Shown here in pieces: positions 25,560 through 35,269 of a stretch of DNA of 64,000 bases. Each line of letters opens with the position of its first letter. The stretch's first letter is position 1. The notes under the pieces were generated by a model. That model did no database searches. It had not been told where the DNA came from and worked only from the letters and a program-made list of their open reading frames with translations. Origin of the DNA: a virus; the IMG/VR virus record IMGVR_UViG_3300048694_001252, positions 1 through 64,000 of that record, one strand, 5' to 3'. Made by a program: the position numbers and the translations under genes.

Positions 25560-27575
25560 TTAGGCCTTATATGCTTTCCACAAGCGAGTCATGTCCTGGA
25601 GACTGGACTCAAACGCTTGATTTTCTTTATTGCTGCTGAGTTTATCCTGTAGGGCCTTTCCCGCCATCTGACCTGCCAGGCTTGCAGCACCTCGTGTCAG
25701 TGCACTGGCACCGGATCCCACGGCAGTGCGAGCTAGAGCAGCACCAATAGCCGGTAACACTTCGTCTAGTTTTTGGTCTTTTTCTGCTGCGGCTTGTGTC
25801 ATGGGCTCTTCCCGATCACCATCTTGGTCGATGTCCAAGAAATCGGGTTTAGCAGCTTCCTGCACCCCGGCCAGTTCCCGGATACGCTCCAGGCTTTCGT
25901 CCATGGGCCGATCACATTCGCATTTGCTTTCGTACATGCCACATTCCATGCATTTGTTTTCGTCGAGATCTTCGGTTTCCTGCACACGCACCGCAGTGGT
26001 AGGCATCACGGTCTGACCATCGCCAGCAACATCAGTCTTGGGTTTGTTGACACCACCTGAGTATTGCAGGGCATCGGAGTTTGTTTCGGTGTTGGTGGGC
26101 CATTCCGGTTGATTTTCATCTACCTGCGTGGCACAGGCACAGGGCTCTTGACCACAGCTGGGGCAGGCATGTGAATCCGGGGTGTGCGGCATGACCCCCA
26201 CACCAGCACGTTTTAGGAGCTCAATCAAATCACCTGCATCTTCTTCGGTGGCTGTGACTGTGACTGAATCATTGCCTTCGCTACTGCGGCTGATGTTTAC
26301 GCTCATGCTTTCAGAGATCATGGCTTCCAGTTCACGGTTCATGCTGTCATAGATGCCTTTACCATACTGCATTTTACCACCCGGAGATTTCTTGGGGACA
26401 TCCGCGGATTCTGACTTGGCTCGCGGTGCCGGGGCTGTCGCGACCGATCCCGCTACTGTGGAAGTTTCTTCCACTTCTTTTTTCTTGGTGGGCAGACCTT
26501 TTTCTTTGGTAGCAGCAAACTTATGCAGTTCCTTCTTGCTCATCTTGGCCATCTCTCGGCTGGCACCGCGTAGTTCGGATTTGGGGATTTCACCCTTCTG
26601 TGCCGCATGTGCGATGCCGGCAGCGCGACGCTGGGCCACGCTCACGGCTTTTTCACCCAGTGGTTGTTCCTGGCCCTCTTCACCAGTGGCCATTTCCCCA
26701 TCACGTTCGTGTTGGGTCTGCATGTAATCATCCACAGTGGACATCATGCCTTCGATCTTGGTCAACTTCATTTGTACCCATTCAGGCAAATCCTCGCGAT
26801 CGGCCAGGATCTTTTCCAGGGCCTGGGCATGACGCACGATAGTATGGATCTGATCCTTGGCTTGATCGCCTTCGTTGCCGTATTCGCCCGCATCATCAGG
26901 CTGGGCTCCGGGTGGTAGCTCCTCAGCTATGGCGCCTTTGCGATGCAGCTTGGATGTGCCCTTGACCTTGGCTCCGATTTTTTTGCCCCGGCCGGCACCC
27001 ACGGCCTTGCGGCCCATATGACGTGGCTCACCGTCGTCTTGGTCATCGGCATCGGGTTCATCTGTCTGGCTCGCGCCACCATAGCGTTTGCCCTGCACTG
27101 ATTTTACCGGCAGATCGGCCAGTTTGAGTTCTTCGACTTTATGGGTGGCAGGCTTTTTCTTGGTTGTCTTTTTGACTACCTGCAGCACACCCTTGGCATC
27201 ACGCCGGAGAGTTTCTTGGCCACCAGATGCTTTTTCCACTGCACGGGTCAGATCGGGTGCTAGATCTCGACCACTGACCTTGGTCTTGGCCTTGGGCGGT
27301 TGGTTGAACGAAGAAGATTTACGCACACCAAACTTGTCATAGTCATCGCTGCTGAAGGGTTTTGGTTTGCCTTCCTCCACACCTTGCTTGGCCTGGCGAG
27401 CCGCTTGCTTCATGGGTTCGTGGCGATTGCCATCTTGGTCCAGATCCAAAAAATCAGGCTTGGCCGCTTCGCCTACTTTGTGGCGCAGTTTGTCCAACAC
27501 AGCACCTTCTGTGAGCTGTTCCTTGCCTTGGGCCAGTTTGGCCAACTTTTTGTTCATGTCGTAAAAAAATGTCAT
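25560..27575 (-). CDS. Modular probable prohead core/internal protein (DUF3008-like segment, two DxDxDG repeats, LPEWVQ helix module)
   Basis: 671 aa; AAKPDFLD(L/I)DQDG twice; AVSVAQRRAAGIA...LRGASREMAKMSKKEL..FAATKEKGLP; many (L/I/V)xE sites. Confidence 0.75.
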   Translation of the reverse strand: MTFFYDMNKKLAKLAQGKEQLTEGAVLDKLRHKVGEAAKPDFLDLDQDGNRHEPMKQAARQAKQGVEEGKPKPFSSDDYDKFGVRKSSSFNQPPKAKTKVSGRDLAPDLTRAVEKASGGQETLRRDAKGVLQVVKKTTKKKPATHKVEELKLADLPVKSVQGKRYGGASQTDEPDADDQDDGEPRHMGRKAVGAGRGKKIGAKVKGTSKLHRKGAIAEELPPGAQPDDAGEYGNEGDQAKDQIHTIVRHAQALEKILADREDLPEWVQMKLTKIEGMMSTVDDYMQTQHERDGEMATGEEGQEQPLGEKAVSVAQRRAAGIAHAAQKGEIPKSELRGASREMAKMSKKELHKFAATKEKGLPTKKKEVEETSTVAGSVATAPAPRAKSESADVPKKSPGGKMQYGKGIYDSMNRELEAMISESMSVNISRSSEGNDSVTVTATEEDAGDLIELLKRAGVGVMPHTPDSHACPSCGQEPCACATQVDENQPEWPTNTETNSDALQYSGGVNKPKTDVAGDGQTVMPTTAVRVQETEDLDENKCMECGMYESKCECDRPMDESLERIRELAGVQEAAKPDFLDIDQDGDREEPMTQAAAEKDQKLDEVLPAIGAALARTAVGSGASALTRGAASLAGQMAGKALQDKLSSNKENQAFESSLQDMTRLWKAYKA
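27370..27386 (-). repeat. 17-bp repeat copy (CAAGGTGTGGAGGAAGG, QGVEEG)
   Basis: One mismatch to the consensus. Confidence 0.8.
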
Positions 27576-27580
27576 TGCAG

Positions 27581-28189
27581 TTATCCTCGAGGTTGGGCGC
27601 CGGTGGCCGGCTTGGGTGGACGTTTGATATTGGCGAAGGGACTCTTATTTCCCTGTGGCAGTTCATTGGTGGTCTTGGCAGGCGGTGTCTTCTTACCGGC
27701 CACGGTGAAATCTGAACGGTATTGATTCTTCAACACCACATGGTCATGCGGCTCCGCACTGTAGTCTTTTTTGAGACCTTTTTGTACACGATCCGGTTCC
27801 GGTAGATCAGTATTCTTGAGCAGATCTCGATTTTCATCTTTGATTTTCTCATACTCATCCACCATGCTGTCGTTGTAGTCCCGGGTGGTCATGACCACAC
27901 GATTGGGATCAAACTTCAACAGTTGCATCAGCTGTTTGATCTGGGGCTCGATCGCGGGGTAGCGGAAGCTCACATCAAACATGGTCACGCTATCGTTTTG
28001 AAAATTTGGGAAGTCTGTGGGTATGGCCTGGATCGGCGTGGTACGTGTGTCACTCATGCGTACCGGATCAAATTGATCCAATTTTTGCTTGAGCTGTCGG
28101 ATCAGCTCTTCGGGTACTCGACCGCACAATTTGATGCGATAATCGTAGGTTCTTTCGCTTTCAGCTAGGTATTTTGCAAATGGTTTCAT
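27581..28189 (-). CDS. Hypothetical head-region protein with capsid-targeting-like N-terminus
   Basis: MKPFAKYLAE; TAAATA at 28208-28213 and AAGGA SD. Confidence 0.75.
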   Translation of the reverse strand: MKPFAKYLAESERTYDYRIKLCGRVPEELIRQLKQKLDQFDPVRMSDTRTTPIQAIPTDFPNFQNDSVTMFDVSFRYPAIEPQIKQLMQLLKFDPNRVVMTTRDYNDSMVDEYEKIKDENRDLLKNTDLPEPDRVQKGLKKDYSAEPHDHVVLKNQYRSDFTVAGKKTPPAKTTNELPQGNKSPFANIKRPPKPATGAQPRG

Positions 28190-28210
28190 AGACGGTATCC
28201 TTGCCTATAT

Positions 28211-28696
28211 TTATGATTTGACGTCTTTTTGAGCCGCGCCGCCCAGGATTCTATCCAGCAGTTCGTTGCGGCTCAACACCACACCATGCCCGGTCTGGGG
28301 CGGGGGCGCGTTGTCCTGAGTCTGATCCAATCGAGCCTTTTTCAGCTGTAGATCTATCATCTTGAGCTTTTTGTCCAGTTTGGCTGTCTTGGCTGTTATG
28401 GCATGCCCCAGCATGTTGCTGGCCACGGCAAATATTTCGCTGGCAAATCTGGGTTCCACATTCATGCCCAGGGTCATGAGTTCCTCATAACTGGTCTTGG
28501 CCATGCCCGCCAGATCGTCCATCTCGCTGTCGGTGGCTTCCAGACCGCGCACACCGGGCAGGGCAGCGTCAATCTTGTCTATGGTGGCATCCAGCACCGT
28601 GATAATTTCGGGATTGGGCTGCATGACCGGTTCTATTGGCAATTCTGTTTGATCCTGAGGAGGCAAATCAAATAACTCTTGGAGTTTGGTGTTCAT
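28211..28696 (-). CDS. Putative terminase small subunit (gp16-like)
   Basis: Helical, 161 aa; EPRFASEIF resembles gp16 PRAYEV; C-terminal SRNELL; TAAATA 4 nt upstream. Confidence 0.5.
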   Translation of the reverse strand: MNTKLQELFDLPPQDQTELPIEPVMQPNPEIITVLDATIDKIDAALPGVRGLEATDSEMDDLAGMAKTSYEELMTLGMNVEPRFASEIFAVASNMLGHAITAKTAKLDKKLKMIDLQLKKARLDQTQDNAPPPQTGHGVVLSRNELLDRILGGAAQKDVKS

Positions 28697-28745
28697 ACCA
28701 TATTTATTGTTTTGGTCAACTAGCACTAGGTTCGTGACCGTGAGA

Positions 28746-29177
28746 TCAGCTCTTGCCCTGATGGAACAATTGATCTTCATTGAGTACCCGAAAAACTATG
28801 CCCTGTTTACGGCACCAGACCTGGGCCGCGGCCCACTTGTGATGATTCAGCGCCACGATCATGCGATCTTTCTGGGTCATGCGACCTTCTATCAGGCTCT
28901 GCTTCCGGGGTTTGATTTCGATCAGCTCGGTGCACACCTTGTTGTGCCGAGTGCGATAACGTATCAGGATGTCGGGCACATAGCTGGTCATCTTGCCCGT
29001 GAACGGATTGCGGTAGGGAATGAATACTGGTTCCGAAGCCCACTCTAACACATTTTCATTGCGATCACAAAAGGTAAAGAATGAAAATTCCCAGCTGGAT
29101 CTATAGGTGGGTAAACCTTTGCCCAGGTATTTGCCGGGGTTGGTGGGTTGGAATTTGCCCCGAGCCCAATGTGTCAT
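28746..29177 (-). CDS. gp4: Head completion nuclease (T4 gp4-like, PD-(D/E)xK)
   Basis: GKFQPTNPGKYLG, YRSSWE, W.SE...IPY, YVPD, IEIKP, KWAAA. Confidence 0.88.
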   Translation of the reverse strand: MTHWARGKFQPTNPGKYLGKGLPTYRSSWEFSFFTFCDRNENVLEWASEPVFIPYRNPFTGKMTSYVPDILIRYRTRHNKVCTELIEIKPRKQSLIEGRMTQKDRMIVALNHHKWAAAQVWCRKQGIVFRVLNEDQLFHQGKS

Positions 29178-29533
29178 TGCAGTATATTACGAGCTGCGTA
29201 GAAATTGGCCTGTACCGGAACACCCACACCGATCAGGGCCGCACGATCACGTACCAGGTTGAGGTAGTAGGCAAGATTGGCCGTGAGGTTGAGACCGCCC
29301 TGTCCTTGAAATCCCTGCAACAGAGTCATGACCGGGATCTTGGTTTCATGTGCCACCCTGAACAGACTCACTGTGAGGTTGCCAGCCGACACTCGACTCT
29401 GTGTGTTGGCCAGGAAAAACGAATGTACCAAATCATATTCGTCTGCGGGTACCGAGGTGTCATAATTGTAAAATTGATCAAACACTCGTACTGTGAGATC
29501 TTTGTTGTAATTGGTATCGTTTATGGAGCTCAT
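29174..29533 (-). CDS. Hypothetical tail/baseplate-region protein
   Basis: 119 aa; ATGA overlaps on both sides. Confidence 0.7.
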   Translation of the reverse strand: MSSINDTNYNKDLTVRVFDQFYNYDTSVPADEYDLVHSFFLANTQSRVSAGNLTVSLFRVAHETKIPVMTLLQGFQGQGGLNLTANLAYYLNLVRDRAALIGVGVPVQANFYAARNILQ

Positions 29534-30681
29534 GGATTGTTAGGAGTCTGTGCAGTTGGAAAGAACACACCGGTCTTGGTATTCATGATGTTGCGTACGC
29601 CTTGGCTGTTGGCACCTTGAGCCAATACCGCGGTGCCCAGAGCAGTGGCTTCGCTCACTGCTGTGGCAGCCACATTGCCGCCCTGGTAGGTATTGTAAGT
29701 ACGCATGGCTTTTTGCGCGGCACCCACCAGACCACCCACGCTGCCGCTCTGTAGATCACCCAGGATACCAGCACCCGCATCCAACAATCCACCTTGGCCA
29801 AATATGGTACGATTGGCGCCGGGTCTTGCGATGGGACTGAGTCGGGTATCGTAGTGGGCCGGATCCGCAAAACCCTGTACATTCACATCAGGACGATTTT
29901 TACCAACAGCGCCCGAATAGTATTTCACAGTCTCGTACAGTATGGTCATGTTGTGTTGCATGATACCATTGCCTTGGCTATAATCATATTGATCGTGATT
30001 CCAGGATTTGATCACGGGGTTGATCAAGATGTATTCGGCAAACTTGCGCTGATCCAGACCATAGATCCTGATGTCGCGAAAGAAAGCGGGTTTACCGTCG
30101 GGGCCACAATAGCCATTCTGCCAAGTTTCACCGATATAACCCCAGTCCTTGACCGGCAAACTGTCATTGTAAATATCTCGAGCATTGTACCCAAATCCCG
30201 CGGTGCGGTTGGCACTGGCACCCACGCTGCCATTGGTATTGTTGGGATCAAGATATCTCTGAGTGGGATCTTGGTAGTAGTAACTGAAATAGTAGTACCA
30301 GAGCCTGCGAGCATTGTCACCACCATCGTCATGGAACGTGATGTTGACCGGCTGATAATCAATACGAGTCTGTACCACACGTTTGCGATTGTATTGATTG
30401 AGTGGTTCGGCCTGGATCTCAAACTTGGGCAGTTCCACCGTCTTGACCAAGAGACTCAATTTGGCCACATCATCATTGCTGAACACACCGCGGAGATAGG
30501 GTATCTCTTGAGTGTTGATGGTAAAGCTCACATGATAGAGAAACTTGTAGCGTGGCTTGAGTTCATAGCTGTTGGTGGTAAAGGTACGGCTTGCGTGAGT
30601 GTAATCACGCAAGGTTTCCGTACCGATAAAACCTTTCAGTATCTGATCGCCGATACCAAACGGACCGCCACCATTGGCCAA
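29530..30681 (-). CDS. Tail-tube-like protein (gp54/gp48-type tube initiator)
   Basis: TTG start after GGAG; VKTVELPKF...NQYNRKR...Y.PVNITFHDD tube-fold pattern; follows gp19. Confidence 0.65.
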   Translation of the reverse strand: MANGGGPFGIGDQILKGFIGTETLRDYTHASRTFTTNSYELKPRYKFLYHVSFTINTQEIPYLRGVFSNDDVAKLSLLVKTVELPKFEIQAEPLNQYNRKRVVQTRIDYQPVNITFHDDGGDNARRLWYYYFSYYYQDPTQRYLDPNNTNGSVGASANRTAGFGYNARDIYNDSLPVKDWGYIGETWQNGYCGPDGKPAFFRDIRIYGLDQRKFAEYILINPVIKSWNHDQYDYSQGNGIMQHNMTILYETVKYYSGAVGKNRPDVNVQGFADPAHYDTRLSPIARPGANRTIFGQGGLLDAGAGILGDLQSGSVGGLVGAAQKAMRTYNTYQGGNVAATAVSEATALGTAVLAQGANSQGVRNIMNTKTGVFFPTAQTPNNP

Positions 30682-30697
30682 AGCCTATCTCCAGGAC

Positions 30698-31339
30698 TTA
30701 GACCGCGGTCTGCGTGGTGCCAGCGCCAGTTACCACATCGCCTAGCGTACGACCAATCGCAGTACCAACACCAGTACCATTGGGTGTCTGGTTAGCGTTG
30801 TCATATGTGATGGCCAGAGTGATAGTGACTGGTGCGTTTTCCGCATAGCTCAACTGATTGTAATTGGCGTTCTTGATATAACAACCATACAGTTCCCAGG
30901 TTTCAAGAACCACGGGAGTAGCTGCGCCGTTGCCACCGTCCAGGATTTCTACCTTGGTCAAGAACTTGTAGTCGATACCCGAAGCAGCCGATGCCATTTC
31001 CAGGAAGTCCATCTGCTTCTGTAACTGTTCGCCTACCAGTTTGCTGACCGATCCCGAAGCGTCATCACGCAGCTCACAGTTGACATCGGGCCAGCTGGCT
31101 TTACCAGCTAGCTTCAAGGTGCTGTTGTAGATGGGCAACGTGATTTCTTCAAACGTGGGGTTGGGTCGATCAAACGTCATGACCTGTTTGGTCAGTTCGG
31201 TTGTGGGTTTTGAAATACCAAAGTTTTCAAATGATACCCGGAAACGATACTTGAGTTTGGGCATCAACAGGCCCTGGGTGCTCGAGCTCTGATCGCTCGC
31301 CAGGGGCACTGTCATTCGTTGTAGTGAGCTAACTGCCAT
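30698..31339 (-). CDS. gp19: Tail tube protein (gp19-like)
   Basis: PKLKYRFRV, LAGKASW..V...LRDD, W.LYGCY, ITYDNA; directly after sheath. Confidence 0.85.
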   Translation of the reverse strand: MAVSSLQRMTVPLASDQSSSTQGLLMPKLKYRFRVSFENFGISKPTTELTKQVMTFDRPNPTFEEITLPIYNSTLKLAGKASWPDVNCELRDDASGSVSKLVGEQLQKQMDFLEMASAASGIDYKFLTKVEILDGGNGAATPVVLETWELYGCYIKNANYNQLSYAENAPVTITLAITYDNANQTPNGTGVGTAIGRTLGDVVTGAGTTQTAV

Positions 31340-31367
31340 TTGTGATCTCCTATAAGTTTATTTACCA

Positions 31368-31401
31368 GAAAGTGTGACCAGACAAGATCTGGTCACCTTT
31401 C
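31368..31401 (-). terminator. Hairpin between sheath and tube genes
   Basis: GAAAG.GTGACCAGA-5 nt-TCTGGTCAC.CTTTC; weak U-tract. Confidence 0.45.
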
Positions 31402-31402
31402 G

Positions 31403-34400
31403 TTAGCGTCCTGCTGCTCCAGAGATTTCACCGGTGTTCTTGATGCGCAAGGGGATATAGATAAACTCCACTGCCTTGACCGGTTCTATGGCAATATCAA
31501 CCCAGAGTTCGCTACGATCTATGCGGGCCGGTGTGTTGTTGCTGAGATCGCAAACCACCAGATAGTCATAGATTGCGCGTTTGGCTATCAAATCAATCAT
31601 CAAACTGTTCACAGTATTGGTGATTTCGTTACGAGTGATCTGATCATTGGGCTCAAACAGATACAGCTTGCCAATTTCTTCCAGGCGACCGCGTAGGTAG
31701 CAGATCAAACGTGCCACATTGATACGATCCAGCGCAGTGGTAACTGACAGCGAAGTCTTGTTACCAAAGTTCACGATACCCACACCCGGAATGAACGTGA
31801 TGGGATTTACATTGTGTTCGTACAGGATATCACGCACTGCCTGACTGCAAGAGATTTGTACGAATTCGCCTGTGGCTGCATCAATGTAACCAATCGCTGT
31901 GGCATTGTCCACCACGCCGCGACGTGTACCTGCGGGAGCCAACCAAGGATAGCTCACAGCATCGCTGCGCAGTATGGTACGAACCATCATGTGGCTGGGC
32001 GGTGCTACCACGCTGTTGCCCGATAGATCGTTGGTCTGGCAGCTGGGATAGAATGTGGCCATATAGTTGCTGGTAGCCACCAGGCCATCTTCGGCCGGGA
32101 GACCCAGACCATTGCGGTTTGTGGCCCATTCAACCAGACTGTTACCATCTGGTCCCAGACGCATGGGTGTATCACCCACCACGAACAGGGTGTTGTTGCG
32201 TTCATTGCTGAGCGCAATCATGTTGGGCTCTAGTTCAGGATAGGCCGGGCAAGCGATAATGTTGAACTGGTTCTGTTCTTCACGTGCAGCTTCGCTGGTG
32301 TCAATGGCCGACTTCATGGCCTTGACTATCACCTGGCGCTGGGCCAAGCGTCCACCCCACATAGCACCATTGTCACGATTGCCCGAAGCCGACAACCAGG
32401 TGTTGGTCACTGTGACTATTTGCCAATAGTTCACGTTGGTGCCGGGCGTGTGATTCACATTGGCATTGGACATGGAGATGTAGTTGAAGTCGTTATAGCT
32501 TACATAGCTACCAATGGTATAGGACGTGGTAGGCGACCATGGATCAGCTGGATAGGATGTGCTGTTGAAGTAATCCCGCTGGAAGGTCTTGACGTTGTAA
32601 CCCGAACGTCGTGTGTTGAACATCAACATGCCTTGTGGATATAGCGCAGGATCAGGTGCGTCAAGATCCAGATAATCACTGGTCAACAGACTCACGATAC
32701 TGGGTATGGCATCGCTGATGGGATCTGTGGTACCATTGGGTGCCCAACGTGCGTCAGCAAACAAGATACCGTTCTGTGTGACTTGATCTGTGGTATCGAT
32801 AGAGACCCATTGCGCTTGGCCACTTACCAACTGCCAGCGATAGAGCTTGGGATAGTTTTCCAAATCGCTGGTGTCCAACCAGAGATCACCATACACCAAG
32901 GGACTTTCTGCATCATCATTCTGTGTCATGGGTGCGGTGGCCGAGCATATGGGTCCGCTGGCATTGGTCAGTGTAAGGTCGTAGCCACGAACATCATTGC
33001 TAACGTTCTGATAACCTTGCCATTGACCGTTGTCCTGGATCATGATGTCCACTTGAGTAGCTGTGCTATAATACCACATGGTTCCGTCTGCTGGATCTTG
33101 ATCGGGCGCGGTGTCCATGGCAGTATAGGTGAACAAGGGCGCGGTGACCAAATTAGACAGTATCAATCGACCTGGGGTCGTGAATGATTGGCGAACCTTG
33201 GGCGTTGACAAGGTAAAACCAGCAGTGGTTATTGGATTGCCTGTGCCCGGAGTCAGACTGATCCAACCACCGGCACTGTGAGTGAACACAATATTACCAG
33301 CACTGTTCACCGATGCACTGACATAGGGCACCGCGGCTGCGGATACTGCTGCAATAAAATCAGCCACCGAACCAGTTCCACCTATGGTCACTGTACTGGT
33401 GATGCTGCTAGTGGTTCCGGGTTGGCTACCAGCCATGGCAAAAGTATTACCGGGTGTGAACGCATTGCCGGTGGGTGTACTGGTACCAGTAACGATAGTT
33501 TGTCCAAACGCATACTGTTCCAGGATTTCAAAACACATGGTGTCTAGTGGCACTGTTTCATAGTAGTTGGCCATGGGGTTGATGTAGGTGGTACCCACGG
33601 GAATAGTACGACCACCATTCACAGGATCCAACCCATATATGGCCTGAGATATGCCGTCATATGCGGGTGTTTTCTGAGCTATCCATTCGCCCAGCGTGGC
33701 GCTCCATTTCTTGATACGGATATCCAAGCCATAGTTCACTGTGCTGAGATTGTTCCAGACCGACCCTGTGGGATGTGGTGCTGTGTCAGTGGTTCTCCAG
33801 CGCGGAGCTTGGTAGCTGTAGCTGGCAAGATATGTGGGTGCCAGATAGGTATTGACCGTGATGCCCAGGGCCGCCAGCAGTGCAGCACCTAGATTTGGTC
33901 CTTGTTCGATAGTGATCAATCCACCATCACCAGACGAACCGTCATTTGTGGCTGTGCTATCACAGAACAATTGCAGACGTCCACTTTTGACCATGGCCGA
34001 TACGCCGGTAATGGCCGCATTGTTGATGGCAGTGGCAAATCCTGCCACAGTCAATGCCGTTGATCCTGCGCCCACAGTGACCAGGGTACCATTGATATAC
34101 ATGTTGGCACCATTGGTCAAGCTGTTGGGGGTAGCTGTACCTGCCACTGTGGGCCAGCTCATTTTCCAGTCATCGCTGCCTACCAGTACCCAGACGTTGT
34201 CAGAGTTTTTGTAGTAACCATACATAGGCACACTGAGAGCTGTGATAGCATAATCACCGATGCTGCCATAGCTGGTCACGGGAGTATAATCACCACCAGC
34301 AGCATCCACCACATATTCGACTTCGGTAATGACCAAGGGGGTTTTCACCGTGAATTGAGCTGTGGATTGATTCCATTCCTGGATACCCCACTGCGTGGTC

Positions 34401-34819
34401 GAAGTATCCAACCAATAGGTGCCATTGTTGGCGTTGCCCGTGGGGCGAACCAGACTGGCTGTGAGTTCGGTCAGATTGATGTTTGCACGTTGCACATAGC
34501 AACGATTGGTCACGCCCAGGGCGCTATAGGCAGCCAGCAAACCGTATTCGTTGAGTTCATATCCATTGATGGGAGTACCGGTCGTGGTATTGTAGAAAAA
34601 CGGTACACCAAAAGTGGCTACTAAATCACGTTGGCTTGTGATTAAATAGGTTTTATCGGCATTGGCTGCGGTCGTACCAGCAGCAACGGTTACGCCGTCA
34701 CCAGAAACTTTGTTTTGTGCAGTAGCTATCAAGAAGTAAGGTACAGTGTTGACTGCCGAGGGAATGTATTGGCTTTCGTCAATAACTGTTACTTCTACGC
34801 CAGGTGATGTCAGGGCCAT
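31403..34819 (-). CDS. gp18: Contractile tail sheath protein (gp18-like, enlarged, 1138 aa)
   Basis: MALTSPGVEV, PWLAPAGTRRG, NPI, DRINVARL, FEPND..TR, IEPVKAVEFIYI. Confidence 0.93.
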   Translation of the reverse strand: MALTSPGVEVTVIDESQYIPSAVNTVPYFLIATAQNKVSGDGVTVAAGTTAANADKTYLITSQRDLVATFGVPFFYNTTTGTPINGYELNEYGLLAAYSALGVTNRCYVQRANINLTELTASLVRPTGNANNGTYWLDTSTTQWGIQEWNQSTAQFTVKTPLVITEVEYVVDAAGGDYTPVTSYGSIGDYAITALSVPMYGYYKNSDNVWVLVGSDDWKMSWPTVAGTATPNSLTNGANMYINGTLVTVGAGSTALTVAGFATAINNAAITGVSAMVKSGRLQLFCDSTATNDGSSGDGGLITIEQGPNLGAALLAALGITVNTYLAPTYLASYSYQAPRWRTTDTAPHPTGSVWNNLSTVNYGLDIRIKKWSATLGEWIAQKTPAYDGISQAIYGLDPVNGGRTIPVGTTYINPMANYYETVPLDTMCFEILEQYAFGQTIVTGTSTPTGNAFTPGNTFAMAGSQPGTTSSITSTVTIGGTGSVADFIAAVSAAAVPYVSASVNSAGNIVFTHSAGGWISLTPGTGNPITTAGFTLSTPKVRQSFTTPGRLILSNLVTAPLFTYTAMDTAPDQDPADGTMWYYSTATQVDIMIQDNGQWQGYQNVSNDVRGYDLTLTNASGPICSATAPMTQNDDAESPLVYGDLWLDTSDLENYPKLYRWQLVSGQAQWVSIDTTDQVTQNGILFADARWAPNGTTDPISDAIPSIVSLLTSDYLDLDAPDPALYPQGMLMFNTRRSGYNVKTFQRDYFNSTSYPADPWSPTTSYTIGSYVSYNDFNYISMSNANVNHTPGTNVNYWQIVTVTNTWLSASGNRDNGAMWGGRLAQRQVIVKAMKSAIDTSEAAREEQNQFNIIACPAYPELEPNMIALSNERNNTLFVVGDTPMRLGPDGNSLVEWATNRNGLGLPAEDGLVATSNYMATFYPSCQTNDLSGNSVVAPPSHMMVRTILRSDAVSYPWLAPAGTRRGVVDNATAIGYIDAATGEFVQISCSQAVRDILYEHNVNPITFIPGVGIVNFGNKTSLSVTTALDRINVARLICYLRGRLEEIGKLYLFEPNDQITRNEITNTVNSLMIDLIAKRAIYDYLVVCDLSNNTPARIDRSELWVDIAIEPVKAVEFIYIPLRIKNTGEISGAAGR

Positions 34820-34921
34820 TTTGAGGTTTCCTTGTAAAAAGTTATAGTGATATTTACCGGAAGCCACAAAAAAACCACCGCTAGAACGCCCTTTGGCCAA
34901 GGTTCGTGAGTTAAATAGAGG

Positions 34922-35269
34922 ATGACTCGTCCCATTTGCGCTGCCTGCGGTCAACGTCCCTGTGCCGTAAACTATCACGGCCTGGATCGCATACACTATC
35001 GACGTCGCTGCGAAAATTGTCAACGCCGGAATCGAGGTATACGCCCGCATCGGCCGCGATGGGAGATAGCGGGCTATCGCAAAAAAATAGTGTGTGATCT
35101 ATGCGGATTCCGGGCTAGATACAGTGCCCAGATCCTGGTGTATCACATGGATGGCAGATTGACCAACGTGGAACCCAAAAATCTACGCAGCGTATGCCGT
35201 AACTGCGAAATCGCTGTGTCTAGGGGCGATTCGCCAGCGCGGCCGGGAGATCTGGAACCAGATCTCTGA
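34922..35269 (+). CDS. Zn-finger/HNH-like protein
   Basis: Four CxxC pairs; HMDGRLTN....NLRSVCRNC; TAAATA 4 nt upstream. Confidence 0.7.
   Translation: MTRPICAACGQRPCAVNYHGLDRIHYRRRCENCQRRNRGIRPHRPRWEIAGYRKKIVCDLCGFRARYSAQILVYHMDGRLTNVEPKNLRSVCRNCEIAVSRGDSPARPGDLEPDL

Noticed and set aside
29794-30795. 333-aa + strand ORF
   Set aside because: It is antisense to a tail gene with recognisable motifs and has no features of its own.
34820-35050. N-terminal extension of the sheath in the ORF track
   Set aside because: MALTSPGV at 34819 is the typical sheath start, with an SD and TAAATA upstream; the extension overlaps the HNH-like gene.
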